Sequence record: MH830339.1
Direction: 5' to 3' (one strand)
DNA length: 32,000 nt
Source: Proteus phage Stubb
The position numbers and the translations under genes were made by a program. Numbering within the stretch: the first letter of the stretch is position 1; every line of letters begins with the position of its first letter. The notes under the pieces are model-generated. The model was not told the DNA's origin and made no database searches. It saw only the letters and a program-made list of their open reading frames with translations. Positions 1 through 8,979 of the stretch are shown here, in pieces.

Positions 1-1
1 A

Positions 2-199
2 GCTCGTATACAGCGAAAGGCTGATGGTAAACTAATGCCTGTTGTCGTGGATACTCAGCTTAAGGGCGGAACTGGAGAACGTCAGGCATCGCATAGGCGC
101 AGAACGTACTCTAATAATGGCTGGCAAATAATTCGTATGTCCGAGGAGGCGTTCGATAATTTAAGAAAAATTGCATTTGCCAAAGAACAAGATGTTTGA
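2..199 (+). CDS. 3' end of a truncated hypothetical protein (...ARIQRKADGKLMPVVVDTQLKGGTGERQASHRRRRTYSNNGWQIIRMSEEAFDNLRKIAFAKEQDV*)
   Basis: Open frame from the window edge to TGA at 197-199, translated by hand; not in the supplied ORF track because its start lies outside the window. Confidence 0.6.
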   Translation, partial: ARIQRKADGKLMPVVVDTQLKGGTGERQASHRRRTYSNNGWQIIRMSEEAFDNLRKIAFAKEQDV

Positions 200-231
200 T
201 ATAATAATTACATAAAGTTGAGGAAAGAAAG

Positions 232-280
232 AATCTGCAAGTGAAGTTGAGCTTATTATTAAAAATTTTATTTGCAGATT
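232..280. repeat. Perfect 9-bp inverted repeat AATCTGCAA ... TTGCAGATT (arms 232-240 and 272-280)
   Basis: Direct reading; the right arm contains the -35 hexamer of the promoter at 272-300. Confidence 0.75.
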
Positions 281-300
281 TCCGAAAACTTTAGTATAAT
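272..300 (+). promoter_or_regulatory. Sigma70-like promoter TTGCAG-N17-TATAAT upstream of the left-arm gene cluster
   Basis: TTGCAG at 272-277, TATAAT at 295-300, spacer 17 bp, located 29 bp before the ORF at 329. Confidence 0.7.
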
Positions 301-328
301 ATATGTATTGAGTTGAGAGATTTAATAA

Positions 329-685
329 ATGATATTCTTTGATTACGAAAAGATATACCTACTTAGCTATGGAAAAGCTGATCTCATAATTCAGTATCTA
401 CGATATATGAAAGAGAATCCTGAAGCTACTACAGCTATACGAGGAAACTCTTTTATCCTAAATGAGTCTGTTATATTGGATAATCCTTATGGGCTAGACG
501 ATAGAACACTCGCAGAGTATGTTGGTATACTCGCACTAAGAAACTATGCAACGTTTAAGCTAACAGGCGATACGTCACTGCCGATGGTTTCATATCCAGC
601 ATGGCTTCCAGCAGAGATAGTGGAATCCAATCCTTTAATCCAAAAATTTCAGCAAAAACTTATATTTAAAGAGGAAAATAAATAA
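329..685 (+). CDS. Hypothetical small protein (118 aa)
   Basis: ORF track; sits between a promoter and the ssDNA-binding protein gene. Confidence 0.75.
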   Translation: MIFFDYEKIYLLSYGKADLIIQYLRYMKENPEATTAIRGNSFILNESVILDNPYGLDDRTLAEYVGILALRNYATFKLTGDTSLPMVSYPAWLPAEIVESNPLIQKFQQKLIFKEENK

Positions 686-686
686 T

Positions 687-1469
687 ATGGCTATTACATG
701 GGGAACAATGAAAGGTGAAGCAACTTCAAACAAATTTGAATATGTTGACTTCAAAAAGAAAACCACTAACACTGTACGTATCGTTTCAGAACCTTTAGCA
801 CGTTATGTGTACTGGATTCGCAACGAAGCCTTAGGCATTAACGCACCGTTCGATTGCTTACGCTTCAATCGTGAAACAGAATCTTGGTCTGGTAAATCTG
901 ACCCAATCCAAGATATGAATATTGTACAGTTCAACCCATTTAGTAAGACTAAAGAGCAAGTAAAGGCAGCTCGTAACTACCTTGCATGGGTTATTGATAT
1001 GGAAGATGGTAAACTAAAACTCTTAGACCTTAAGAAATCTATCTTTGATAGCTTAGGTGAGACAATGGCTACTTTAGCCCAATTAGGTACTCCAGTTGGT
1101 ATCTATGATATCGAGTTTACTATCACTAAGAAAGGTACTGGTAAAGATACTACATACAGTATTAATACAGCATCAGCAATTGGGGCAGCTCAGAAGTTCC
1201 ATCAAGGTGCACATTCTTTCCCAGAAGAGCATATGAAGATTACTGGTGAAGCTATTAAGAATGGTAATGACGTTATTGGCTTTGCCGATATCAAACCATT
1301 AAGTGAAGTTTTCCCATTACCTGAATCTGCACAGGCTCAGTTAACTCAAGTTACTGAATTCTTAGCTAAAACTAAGGAGGATGACAATAAGTCAGGTGCA
1401 GGTGCATCAGATAATGCACGAGCTGGTGCTAGTGCAGATGCCCAAGAAATGGCTAACGACTTAGATTAA
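687..1469 (+). CDS. Phage ssDNA-binding protein (gp32-like)
   Basis: N-terminus MAITWGTMKGEATSNKFEYVDFKKKTTNTVRIV..., strongly acidic C-terminal tail (...DAQEMANDLD), located immediately upstream of the recombination nuclease genes. Confidence 0.7.
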   Translation: MAITWGTMKGEATSNKFEYVDFKKKTTNTVRIVSEPLARYVYWIRNEALGINAPFDCLRFNRETESWSGKSDPIQDMNIVQFNPFSKTKEQVKAARNYLAWVIDMEDGKLKLLDLKKSIFDSLGETMATLAQLGTPVGIYDIEFTITKKGTGKDTTYSINTASAIGAAQKFHQGAHSFPEEHMKITGEAIKNGNDVIGFADIKPLSEVFPLPESAQAQLTQVTEFLAKTKEDDNKSGAGASDNARAGASADAQEMANDLD

Positions 1470-1480
1470 TACTAAATTCA

Positions 1481-1503
1481 AAGGGGCTTAATTGCCCCTT
1501 TGT
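1481..1503 (+). terminator. Short GC hairpin AAGGGGC-TTAATT-GCCCCTT followed by TG; weak terminator or processing hairpin
   Basis: 7-bp perfect stem immediately after the ssDNA-binding protein stop; T-tract is very short. Confidence 0.45.
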
Positions 1504-1515
1504 CGTATGGTGATT

Positions 1516-2523
1516 ATGAAAATCCTATTTATAGCAGATATGCACATAGAGCTAGGGAAGGGTAAAACACTAAAGTCTGATAAAGTGCCTAAAGATTGGC
1601 AGACAAACAGGTTTATTTCACTAGCAGAAGAAGTAAAGAAAATATATAATGAACATGGATGTGATTTAATTATAAATGGTGGTGATGTCTTCCACAAACC
1701 CCTACCAAATACAGAAGAAACTGACTTATACTCTAGAGTACAGGCTATATGGAATGATATACCAGAAATTATTTATTCAGGTAATCATGAAATGATAACC
1801 AAAAAGCTATCCTGTCTTTCTCATCTAGAGTTCTCAACATCCAAAGCAAGTAACCTACATAAGATAGTAGAGTCTTATAGAAGTCCGGAATTCGATATTA
1901 TAGGGTATCAGCAGTTGAAGGACAAGGAATGGGAACCACAATGTTCGGATATTTGCTTTACGCATGTTCGTGGAACTATTGAACCACATGTAGTTCCAGA
2001 GATCGACTTACAACGCTTCGTGGATCATGGATATAAGATAGTGTTTGCAGGAGACCTCCACTCACACACCAATACTCAGGAAATATCCCAAGGAGTACAA
2101 TTAGTATACCCAGGCTCCCCATTAACCACAACATTCCATAGAGAGCGTACTAAAGGAACTAATGGTGTTCTCATAATTGATACAGATGCTCCTAGAGATT
2201 ATAAGTGGATTGAGCTAGGGCACTTACCACAACTATTAAGAAAAACCATAACAGTTGGTGAAGATTTAGTACCTGGCGACTACGACCATATAGTATATGA
2301 AGTAGAGGGTAACGTTGTTGAGCTCAAATCCGTGGCAAATGAAGAGCTTCTGGATAAGAAGAAAAATATTATAGAAACAAAAGATGCTAAACTGGATATG
2401 TCCCAAGCGTCCAATCTTGTAGAAGAATGCGCGTTGTATTGGAGGGATGTAGAAAACCTTAGCACTCCAGAGATAGAAGAGCTATCTAGGGAGCTTCTGG
2501 AGCACGTTAATGTTAATACTTAA
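1516..2523 (+). CDS. SbcD/Mre11-type exonuclease subunit (T4 gp47-like, T5 D12-like)
   Basis: Metallophosphoesterase motifs MKILFIADMHIE, LIINGGDVFH, YSGNHEM, FAGDLHSHT. The track ORF opens at TTG 1492, but ATG 1516 starts the conserved MKILFIAD sequence. Confidence 0.9.
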   Translation: MKILFIADMHIELGKGKTLKSDKVPKDWQTNRFISLAEEVKKIYNEHGCDLIINGGDVFHKPLPNTEETDLYSRVQAIWNDIPEIIYSGNHEMITKKLSCLSHLEFSTSKASNLHKIVESYRSPEFDIIGYQQLKDKEWEPQCSDICFTHVRGTIEPHVVPEIDLQRFVDHGYKIVFAGDLHSHTNTQEISQGVQLVYPGSPLTTTFHRERTKGTNGVLIIDTDAPRDYKWIELGHLPQLLRKTITVGEDLVPGDYDHIVYEVEGNVVELKSVANEELLDKKKNIIETKDAKLDMSQASNLVEECALYWRDVENLSTPEIEELSRELLEHVNVNT

Positions 2524-2527
2524 GTAT

Positions 2528-4363
2528 ATGGAGTTCTCTAATATACTTTCTTACGGTAGTAATAATAGAATTGAATTTACAAACTCTAAAGTTACTCAGA
2601 TATTGGGGAACAATGGTGCTGGTAAATCTTCATTAGCTACTATACTAGAAGAGGTTACTTATAATAAGAACTCTAAAGGTATAAAGAAAGCAGATTTGTT
2701 TAATTGGAGATCAGAGTCTAAAGAGTATCATATAAAGCTATGCTTTAATAAAGATGGTAACGAGTATATAATTGATAAACTAGTAAAATCTATTACTAAG
2801 GTATCACTTACTGAAAATGGTAATGATATAAGTGGACATACTGCTACTCAGACATATTCTATTATTCAAGAGATAATTGGGTGCGACTTCCCTACATTCT
2901 CTAAATTAATATACCAGTCTGTAGATTCTAGTTTAGACTTCTTGACTTCAACAGATGCTAAGAGAAAGGAATTTTTAGTAGGGTTGACTGATCAGACACA
3001 ATATAAAGAGTCAGAGAATATAATTAAGGATGTAGCTAAGGAAATCAAGACTAGAATTACTAGTTTGGAACAAAATTCAGCTACCGTATCTCGTATAGTA
3101 AAACACACACTAGAAGTTCTAAACTCAGAAGTTCCTGAATTGCCTGAGGAGCCAGTAGATAATACATCAGCTATACAGGAAGAGATATCTGAACTAAATT
3201 CTAGAGTTCAAATAGCGAATGCACTTGCAGAAAGAAGTAAAGCAATTTCTCTTAAGCGCAAGAGACTGGACGATCTTGTACAGGCAGCTGAAAAAGAACT
3301 ATTACTGTTATCTGATATAGTAGATACAGTTAGTGACCACTCTGAGGATTTAACTGATAAGTCTACCAAATTGCAGGAGCTTACTTTTAAGTCCAATAGT
3401 ATAAAAGCTCAATATAATAAGCTAAAGTCAGAAGTAGAAAAGACCGAATGCCCTACATGCCATCAGCCCTTAGATGTTACTCATGTAGCCAATGCTTTAG
3501 AGTCTATTAAGAACGAGTATAATCCTATCTATCAAGAAAGGGTAGCATTAGAGGCGGAAGTTGCTGATCTAAAAGAGGAGCAATCTAAATTTACTAAGGT
3601 ATCTACTGCTAAGGCTAAATATGAAAAAGCTATCAAAGACCTTGAAGCGTTTGAGAAAGAGGAAGTTGATATACCAGAGGCGGAGGACATTTCTGATTTT
3701 ATTAAAAGGATAAAAGATTTAAATTCAGAACTAGCAAGTACTACCTCAGCCTTAAAACTCTATAGAGCCAAAGAGGTAGAATACCATAAACTAAGTGCTA
3801 CTAAGCAAAGTGCAGAGGATCAATTAAAAGTTCAGGAAGCAGAGCTAAACTCGCTTAAGGCGGAACTAGCAGAACTCCAGCCTAAGTTAGCAAGACTAGA
3901 GATTATAGCTAAGACTCTTAAAGAGATTGTAGCGTATAAGCTAGAGTATAGCATAAAGGCTTTTGAAAGTATAATTAATAATTACCTATCTGTTATCACT
4001 TCTGGTAAGTTTGCCTTAGCCTTTGAGTTAGATAATACCAAACTACAAGTAGTTATTTATAATAATGGTATTAAAACTTCAATGACGTCGTGTTCCACAG
4101 GTCAAAAAGAAAGAATAAAATTAGCCACGTTATTAGCTATAAGAAAGCTAATGACTAACATTAGTAAGGTTAATATTAATTTATTATTCCTAGATGAGGT
4201 TGTTAGCTTCTTAGACCCTAATGGTATGGACACGTTAATAGAGTTACTGCTTGAGGAGGATCAATTAAATACTTTTGTAGTATCTCATGGATATTCACAC
4301 CCGTTAGCAGATTCGGTATCTGTTATTATGGACGATAAAGATGTATCGCATTTGGAAAACTAA
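2528..4363 (+). CDS. SbcC/Rad50-type exonuclease ATPase subunit (T4 gp46-like, T5 D13-like)
   Basis: Walker A GNNGAGKSS, zinc hook CPTCHQP, signature-like SCSTGQKERIKLA, Walker B LLFLDEVVSFLD, long coiled-coil arms. ORF track opens at ATG 2510; ATG 2528 begins MEFSNILSYG and is the more likely start. Confidence 0.92.
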   Translation: MEFSNILSYGSNNRIEFTNSKVTQILGNNGAGKSSLATILEEVTYNKNSKGIKKADLFNWRSESKEYHIKLCFNKDGNEYIIDKLVKSITKVSLTENGNDISGHTATQTYSIIQEIIGCDFPTFSKLIYQSVDSSLDFLTSTDAKRKEFLVGLTDQTQYKESENIIKDVAKEIKTRITSLEQNSATVSRIVKHTLEVLNSEVPELPEEPVDNTSAIQEEISELNSRVQIANALAERSKAISLKRKRLDDLVQAAEKELLLLSDIVDTVSDHSEDLTDKSTKLQELTFKSNSIKAQYNKLKSEVEKTECPTCHQPLDVTHVANALESIKNEYNPIYQERVALEAEVADLKEEQSKFTKVSTAKAKYEKAIKDLEAFEKEEVDIPEAEDISDFIKRIKDLNSELASTTSALKLYRAKEVEYHKLSATKQSAEDQLKVQEAELNSLKAELAELQPKLARLEIIAKTLKEIVAYKLEYSIKAFESIINNYLSVITSGKFALAFELDNTKLQVVIYNNGIKTSMTSCSTGQKERIKLATLLAIRKLMTNISKVNINLLFLDEVVSFLDPNGMDTLIELLLEEDQLNTFVVSHGYSHPLADSVSVIMDDKDVSHLEN

Positions 4364-4846
4364 ATGGCTATTAATGTAAGGGAAAAGGGAAAACGTGGAG
4401 AAATGCAAGTACGTGACCTACTACGTGATAAGACTGGACTAAAATGGGAACGTGTTCCTGGGTCTGGTGCATTTAATGAGTCCCATGCACTTAAGGGGGA
4501 TGTTTATCTTCCACCTTCGCAGAAAGCACATAGTGTATACTGCTATGAAGTTAAGTGGTACAAGGATGATCAGTTAAACTCTAATATATTTAATGTAGGT
4601 ACACATCAGATAGAGAAGTGGTGGGAACAGACTACTAGAGAAGCTGAGCAAATGAATATGAAGCCCGCTCTAGTGTTCAAAAAAGATAAAGGTGAGTGGC
4701 TAATCGCACTAGACTATAATGACGAGACTGCATCTGCCCTATTAGACCATCACTATATAGTTATCTCTAAAAGAGAAACTAATGTAATTATAGGTCAATT
4801 CAAGGTTTGGCTTCATAACATTAGTAAAGAGGAAATAATTCAATAA
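4364..4846 (+). CDS. Hjc-like Holliday-junction resolvase / PDDEXK nuclease
   Basis: KRGEMQVRDLL, ...LKGDVYLP..., YEVKWYK matches the E-(x)n-GD-(x)n-ExK arrangement; located between the gp46-like and flap nuclease genes. Confidence 0.7.
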   Translation: MAINVREKGKRGEMQVRDLLRDKTGLKWERVPGSGAFNESHALKGDVYLPPSQKAHSVYCYEVKWYKDDQLNSNIFNVGTHQIEKWWEQTTREAEQMNMKPALVFKKDKGEWLIALDYNDETASALLDHHYIVISKRETNVIIGQFKVWLHNISKEEIIQ

Positions 4847-5712
4847 TGTCAAGTTGGACTAAAATGATGTCTACTGAGCTAACAGGGGATAATCTACTTA
4901 TTGTAGATATGATGAACTTTTCACGATCAATAAGCTCTGCATCTTCAGTAGAAGACTTTGCAAAGAAACTAGAAACAAGTATTAGATCCTTTGCTAAGAG
5001 CTACTCTTGTGGTAAGGTTGTGCTATTATCTGATAAAGGAGTATCTTCATATAGGAAAGAAATACTTCCCGAGTATAAAGAGAACAGGAAGAAAAAACGT
5101 GAGGCTATGAGTGAAGCTCAGCGGGCGGCAGAGGCTGAGTGGTTCTTTATGATGCGGGATGCTGTTGATTCATTAGCTGATACTCTTCCGCTATTTAAGT
5201 ATCAAGATGTCGAAGCCGATGATATGGCAGCTTTAATAACTGATTGGGCTATTGATGGAGAACATGTAGAAGAAGTATTTCTATTATCTACTGACGGAGA
5301 CTGGGATACTTTCTTACGTGAGCGAGTATCTAGATTTGCTTTTACTACTAGAAAAATGTTCACTGTAGATAATATGTTTGAAGAGCATGGTGCAGATAGC
5401 CCTGAACAGTTTGCTTTACTTAAAGCCATTCAAGGTGATCTAGGGGATAATATTAGAGGGATAGATGGGGTAGGTAAAAAGAGAGGATACTCAGTAATTC
5501 GTGAGTTTAACTCTACTGCCCACTTTTTAGATAGTATCCCTGACCTAGTAGGTTCTCAAAAGTTTATTTGTAATATACGAGAGGGTCAAGATATCATTGA
5601 GCGTAATCTCTTATTGGTAGACCTACGATCTTTTGCGTATGATGCATTAGTACATGCTGGAGTGTATGATGAGTTTAAATCCCGAGTGTATTCGGAAGTA
5701 TTTGGAGAATAA
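4846..5712 (+). CDS. 5'-3' exonuclease / flap endonuclease (T5 D15 / T4 RNase H family)
   Basis: KEILPEYKENRKKKR, VEADDMAALI, LLSTDGDWDTFL, and helix-hairpin-helix-like region GDLGDNIRGIDGVGKKRGYSVI. Confidence 0.88.
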   Translation: MSSWTKMMSTELTGDNLLIVDMMNFSRSISSASSVEDFAKKLETSIRSFAKSYSCGKVVLLSDKGVSSYRKEILPEYKENRKKKREAMSEAQRAAEAEWFFMMRDAVDSLADTLPLFKYQDVEADDMAALITDWAIDGEHVEEVFLLSTDGDWDTFLRERVSRFAFTTRKMFTVDNMFEEHGADSPEQFALLKAIQGDLGDNIRGIDGVGKKRGYSVIREFNSTAHFLDSIPDLVGSQKFICNIREGQDIIERNLLLVDLRSFAYDALVHAGVYDEFKSRVYSEVFGE

Positions 5713-5715
5713 TAA

Positions 5716-6177
5716 ATGATTAGAATGCATTTAAAGAATGAAAAATGTAAACCACATATTGGTAGTGCTGGTGCAGCTGCGATGGACTTACGAATTGAGT
5801 TAGGAGATGAAAGGAACCCAGCTAGTGAAATGGTAGTATTAAGTCCTGGACAATCCATATCTAGAACCACTGGCGTGTCTGTTGAGATACCAGAAGGATG
5901 GTGCGCAATGATAATCCCTCGTAGCGGTTTGGGTACAAAAGGTATTGAAATCATGAACACCGTAGGTCTTATTGATAGCGACTATCGTGGTGAGATTGGG
6001 ATTACAGTACGCAATAAAGGAAAAGAGGATATAGTTATAGGCAACTATGATCGTATTGCTCAAATGGTTATTGTTCCACATATGAATCCTCACTGTGTGG
6101 AGTATGTATCCGATATTTCCGAGCTTTCAGATACCGCCAGAGGCGCATCTGGGTTTGGTAGTTCAGGTATTAAATAG
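5716..6177 (+). CDS. dut: Deoxyuridine 5'-triphosphate nucleotidohydrolase
   Basis: dUTPase motifs: AAAMDLRI, PRSGLG, NTVGLIDSDYRGEIGI, YDRIAQMVI, RGASGFGSSG. Confidence 0.93.
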   Translation: MIRMHLKNEKCKPHIGSAGAAAMDLRIELGDERNPASEMVVLSPGQSISRTTGVSVEIPEGWCAMIIPRSGLGTKGIEIMNTVGLIDSDYRGEIGITVRNKGKEDIVIGNYDRIAQMVIVPHMNPHCVEYVSDISELSDTARGASGFGSSGIK

Positions 6178-6180
6178 CAC

Positions 6181-6215
6181 AAAACCCCAGATAGGGAAAC
6201 CTATCTGGGGTTTTT
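6181..6215. terminator. Bidirectional intrinsic terminator AAAACCCCAGATAGG-GAAA-CCTATCTGGGGTTTTT
   Basis: 11-bp perfect GC-rich stem with a GAAA loop, flanked by A4 and T5 tracts; lies between convergent dut (+) and tail fibre (-). Confidence 0.95.
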
Positions 6216-6217
6216 AT

Positions 6218-8572
6218 TTAGATGTTCAGGAATTTATCCATTACATCATTTATGTACTCTGGTTTATTTTCCCAAGCCTCCTCTATTGGTTTATGATACT
6301 TTTCATAGAGAGTACTAGACTCCTCTAGTTCACGCATTCTCACATTATAGATCGATTGCTCAGGCATCTGTACACGAACGGAAATAAAACGACCGTTTGG
6401 TATATCGATTGGATCACCATCGCTGTAACCAGCAATATCATTACGAGCGAACTTAGGTGCACTAGGGTGAGTCCTATGATACGTCTTAATAAGAATAGAC
6501 CCATCTTCCATAACTTTATAGTCTACCCAAATTAATGGCTGTTTATTCACATCAAGTGGAATTTCAATACCGCCATCAGCACCCCCCCAACCTGCATCTG
6601 AGTTAAAGCCGAGTACACCCTCAATAAGATACTCACCCTGGGCTACTCTAGTAACTGCAGCACCCTCTGATTCATCGTTAGTGGTGAATGTTCCATCGGG
6701 GTTGATGTCGATAATTGGTGAGGCTTTTTTTATAAAACCATTCGTATCGGCTCTCGCATTTGCTGTTGTCCATACCTCCCAAGTACCATGCCAGCTTCCT
6801 GCTTCTTTCGTACTAAATAAAAATCGGTTACCACGACCCCACATAGAAAAAACATACTGGTCATTAGCTACATGAGTACAAGCAACTCCCATGAACATTA
6901 CATTATAGGGCTCAATATCTTGGCATTGATAAAACCCATTCCTATTTATGTCCTGTTTTTTAACGGTATTAGGTGTTACGTTATCAAGAACCTTCTTACC
7001 GTTAACAGTGAGACTATCTTTAGTTAGATGAAACCTAGCTCCACCACCTGTATTTATTTGGAATTCAGACGTGGCATCCATTGACCCAATTCTCCATCGA
7101 AAAGAGTTATCAACCCATATCGACTCAATATAACTAGCTTTATCTTTATAATCTGCTTTAAAAGACAAAACTCTTCCTGTGCCATAATTTATACCGTCTG
7201 TAAGTATTGTTTCGGTTCCTCCGATAGGCACTCGGGGTATCTTTAACATACCATTCCATACCTTATCGCGATTATATTGGAAAAATCCAACATCAGTACC
7301 ATCTGTAGACTTTGGTGGGTATATGTTCAAGTAATCATTACCGTCTCTAGTAGCAGATAATGGATTTGCACCTATTCTGTTATTTATAGCCACTAAACTA
7401 CCGTTTAGTTTTTGAACCCCTCCGTGATTTAGTATCATTGTGTGATACCACCCGGACCACTTACCCAGGTTTCTTATTCTAAAAACATGCTCAGGAAAAC
7501 CGTTAATTTCATAGTACTGGGCGTGTACTACCTTGCCAGTGCTATCGGCGCCACCAAATCTAGCCATACTTAGTAGAGGTGAGTAGGGCTCTGCGTAATT
7601 GGTGGCATCCCCCCCTGAAGAAACAGCAAATCTTGTATCCTGTATAGATAGTGCATCCTGAATAGTTTCTTGAGGTGGACTTGTGTTACTAACAGAACTA
7701 TTCCCTATACCATAATCACCCCTGGTCATAAATCTTTCCCAATTAGACCACTGAGATCCATTCCATGTTCTTTGGAAGTACCCTACTCCTGAGTACAAGT
7801 GGTATTGTTGCATACAGCCATTACCCCAGCCATTTACTGTTTGTTTAACATTTAAGTAACCAGCTGTGTTTATTGGGTAGTTTCTAGCTCTCGTTGCCTC
7901 TGCACTTCTATCTTGTTGGTAGTCACCAGGAATTTTTATGTCGTTTAGGTCAGCGGACCCTAGTACCTGTCTACCACCAATCCCGTAGTCTCCCTCTAGT
8001 AACATTGTACCGGTTTTTTGAGGAACACGTATTAAGTAGGTTTCTCCGTCCTGTACTTTCTCTATATTTGTAGACCCTGAATTACTACTTACAAAACCTA
8101 ATGAATGTTGTCTGTTTGCGGATTTAGCTAACACTTTGGTTGTTGTTTCTAGAGGCCCTTCCATAATATCACCAGACTTATTAACTTTCTCGCCTAGTTT
8201 GGAATCTATAGTACCTTTATCATACGTATGAGATTTTAGCTCATTTAGGGATGACTCTGCACTATCAGCACTACCTTTAGCGTTAGTCTCAGAAATCTTA
8301 GCTGCATCAGCCGAAGCCTTAGCATTTTGCGCTGACTTAGCAGAACTATCAGCACTGGTCTTAGCATTGGTTTCTGAAACCTTAGCTGCTTTAGCTGAGT
8401 TACTAGCCGATAAGGCATCTTTCTTTACTTCTGAAGACACCTTGGTAAGTTCTTCTATTGTTACTCCTGATATAGATTGAGATAAGTTAACTACAAATGG
8501 GGCTTTCGCCCCTACTTGTAGTGCTTCCCCAATATCGGGAGTCACTGTTATTCTTGTATATTTAGCACTCAT
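6218..8572 (-). CDS. Tail fibre / side-fibre protein (784 aa)
   Basis: N-terminal Ala/Ser/Asn heptad-like repeats (SASNSAKAAKVSETNAKTSADSSAKSAQNAKASADAAKISETNAK), repeated knob-like motifs (NTAGYLNVKQT...QRTWNGSQWSNWERF; KWSGWYHTM), and a C-terminal domain typical of enterobacterial phage fibres. Confidence 0.88.
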   Translation of the reverse strand: MSAKYTRITVTPDIGEALQVGAKAPFVVNLSQSISGVTIEELTKVSSEVKKDALSASNSAKAAKVSETNAKTSADSSAKSAQNAKASADAAKISETNAKGSADSAESSLNELKSHTYDKGTIDSKLGEKVNKSGDIMEGPLETTTKVLAKSANRQHSLGFVSSNSGSTNIEKVQDGETYLIRVPQKTGTMLLEGDYGIGGRQVLGSADLNDIKIPGDYQQDRSAEATRARNYPINTAGYLNVKQTVNGWGNGCMQQYHLYSGVGYFQRTWNGSQWSNWERFMTRGDYGIGNSSVSNTSPPQETIQDALSIQDTRFAVSSGGDATNYAEPYSPLLSMARFGGADSTGKVVHAQYYEINGFPEHVFRIRNLGKWSGWYHTMILNHGGVQKLNGSLVAINNRIGANPLSATRDGNDYLNIYPPKSTDGTDVGFFQYNRDKVWNGMLKIPRVPIGGTETILTDGINYGTGRVLSFKADYKDKASYIESIWVDNSFRWRIGSMDATSEFQINTGGGARFHLTKDSLTVNGKKVLDNVTPNTVKKQDINRNGFYQCQDIEPYNVMFMGVACTHVANDQYVFSMWGRGNRFLFSTKEAGSWHGTWEVWTTANARADTNGFIKKASPIIDINPDGTFTTNDESEGAAVTRVAQGEYLIEGVLGFNSDAGWGGADGGIEIPLDVNKQPLIWVDYKVMEDGSILIKTYHRTHPSAPKFARNDIAGYSDGDPIDIPNGRFISVRVQMPEQSIYNVRMRELEESSTLYEKYHKPIEEAWENKPEYINDVMDKFLNI

Positions 8573-8979
8573 TTAGTTACTCCTTCACTTATAAAAATCT
8601 TACCTTCTAGTATTCTCACTTGAGATCCTAAAGTGTTAGTAGATATAACGTCATAATATCCCACAAACTTTAATCTAGAGTTATATTCCTCTGCTTTTGA
8701 ATCTTTCCGTCTGGGTAAAGAATTGACAATACCTTTATCTAGGAATAGAGTAACTATGCCTTTCTTAGCATCTGCTATCTCAATATCAAAGTTAGCTAAT
8801 TCCTTCCCATCATTCAGTTTATCTGATATACTTCCTTTGAAGGAGAATCCTGTAAGGTCTATTGGTAGTATCGTTTCCTTACCAAAATCATCGACGTCTA
8901 CTTCCATAAACTGTAGTAAATACCCGAAATCTAGATTAGCATCCATCCTAAGGTCTACTGTCCTATTTTCTATAATCAT
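8569..8979 (-). CDS. Small tail/collar-fibre candidate (positional equivalent of T5 p132)
   Basis: 136-aa beta-rich protein between the pb4-like and fibre genes; assignment is mainly by position. Confidence 0.4.
   Translation of the reverse strand: MIIENRTVDLRMDANLDFGYLLQFMEVDVDDFGKETILPIDLTGFSFKGSISDKLNDGKELANFDIEIADAKKGIVTLFLDKGIVNSLPRRKDSKAEEYNSRLKFVGYYDVISTNTLGSQVRILEGKIFISEGVTK

Noticed and set aside
1492-1515. TTG start at 1492 for the SbcD-like protein
   Set aside because: The TTG falls inside the GCCCCTT hairpin and adds MPLCRMVI before the conserved MKILFIAD start at 1516.
2280-2465. Minus-strand ORFs opposite the SbcD, SbcC, flap nuclease and dUTPase genes (for example 2280-2465, 5202-5429, 5586-5960)
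   Set aside because: All are antisense to genes with complete catalytic motifs and lack independent evidence.
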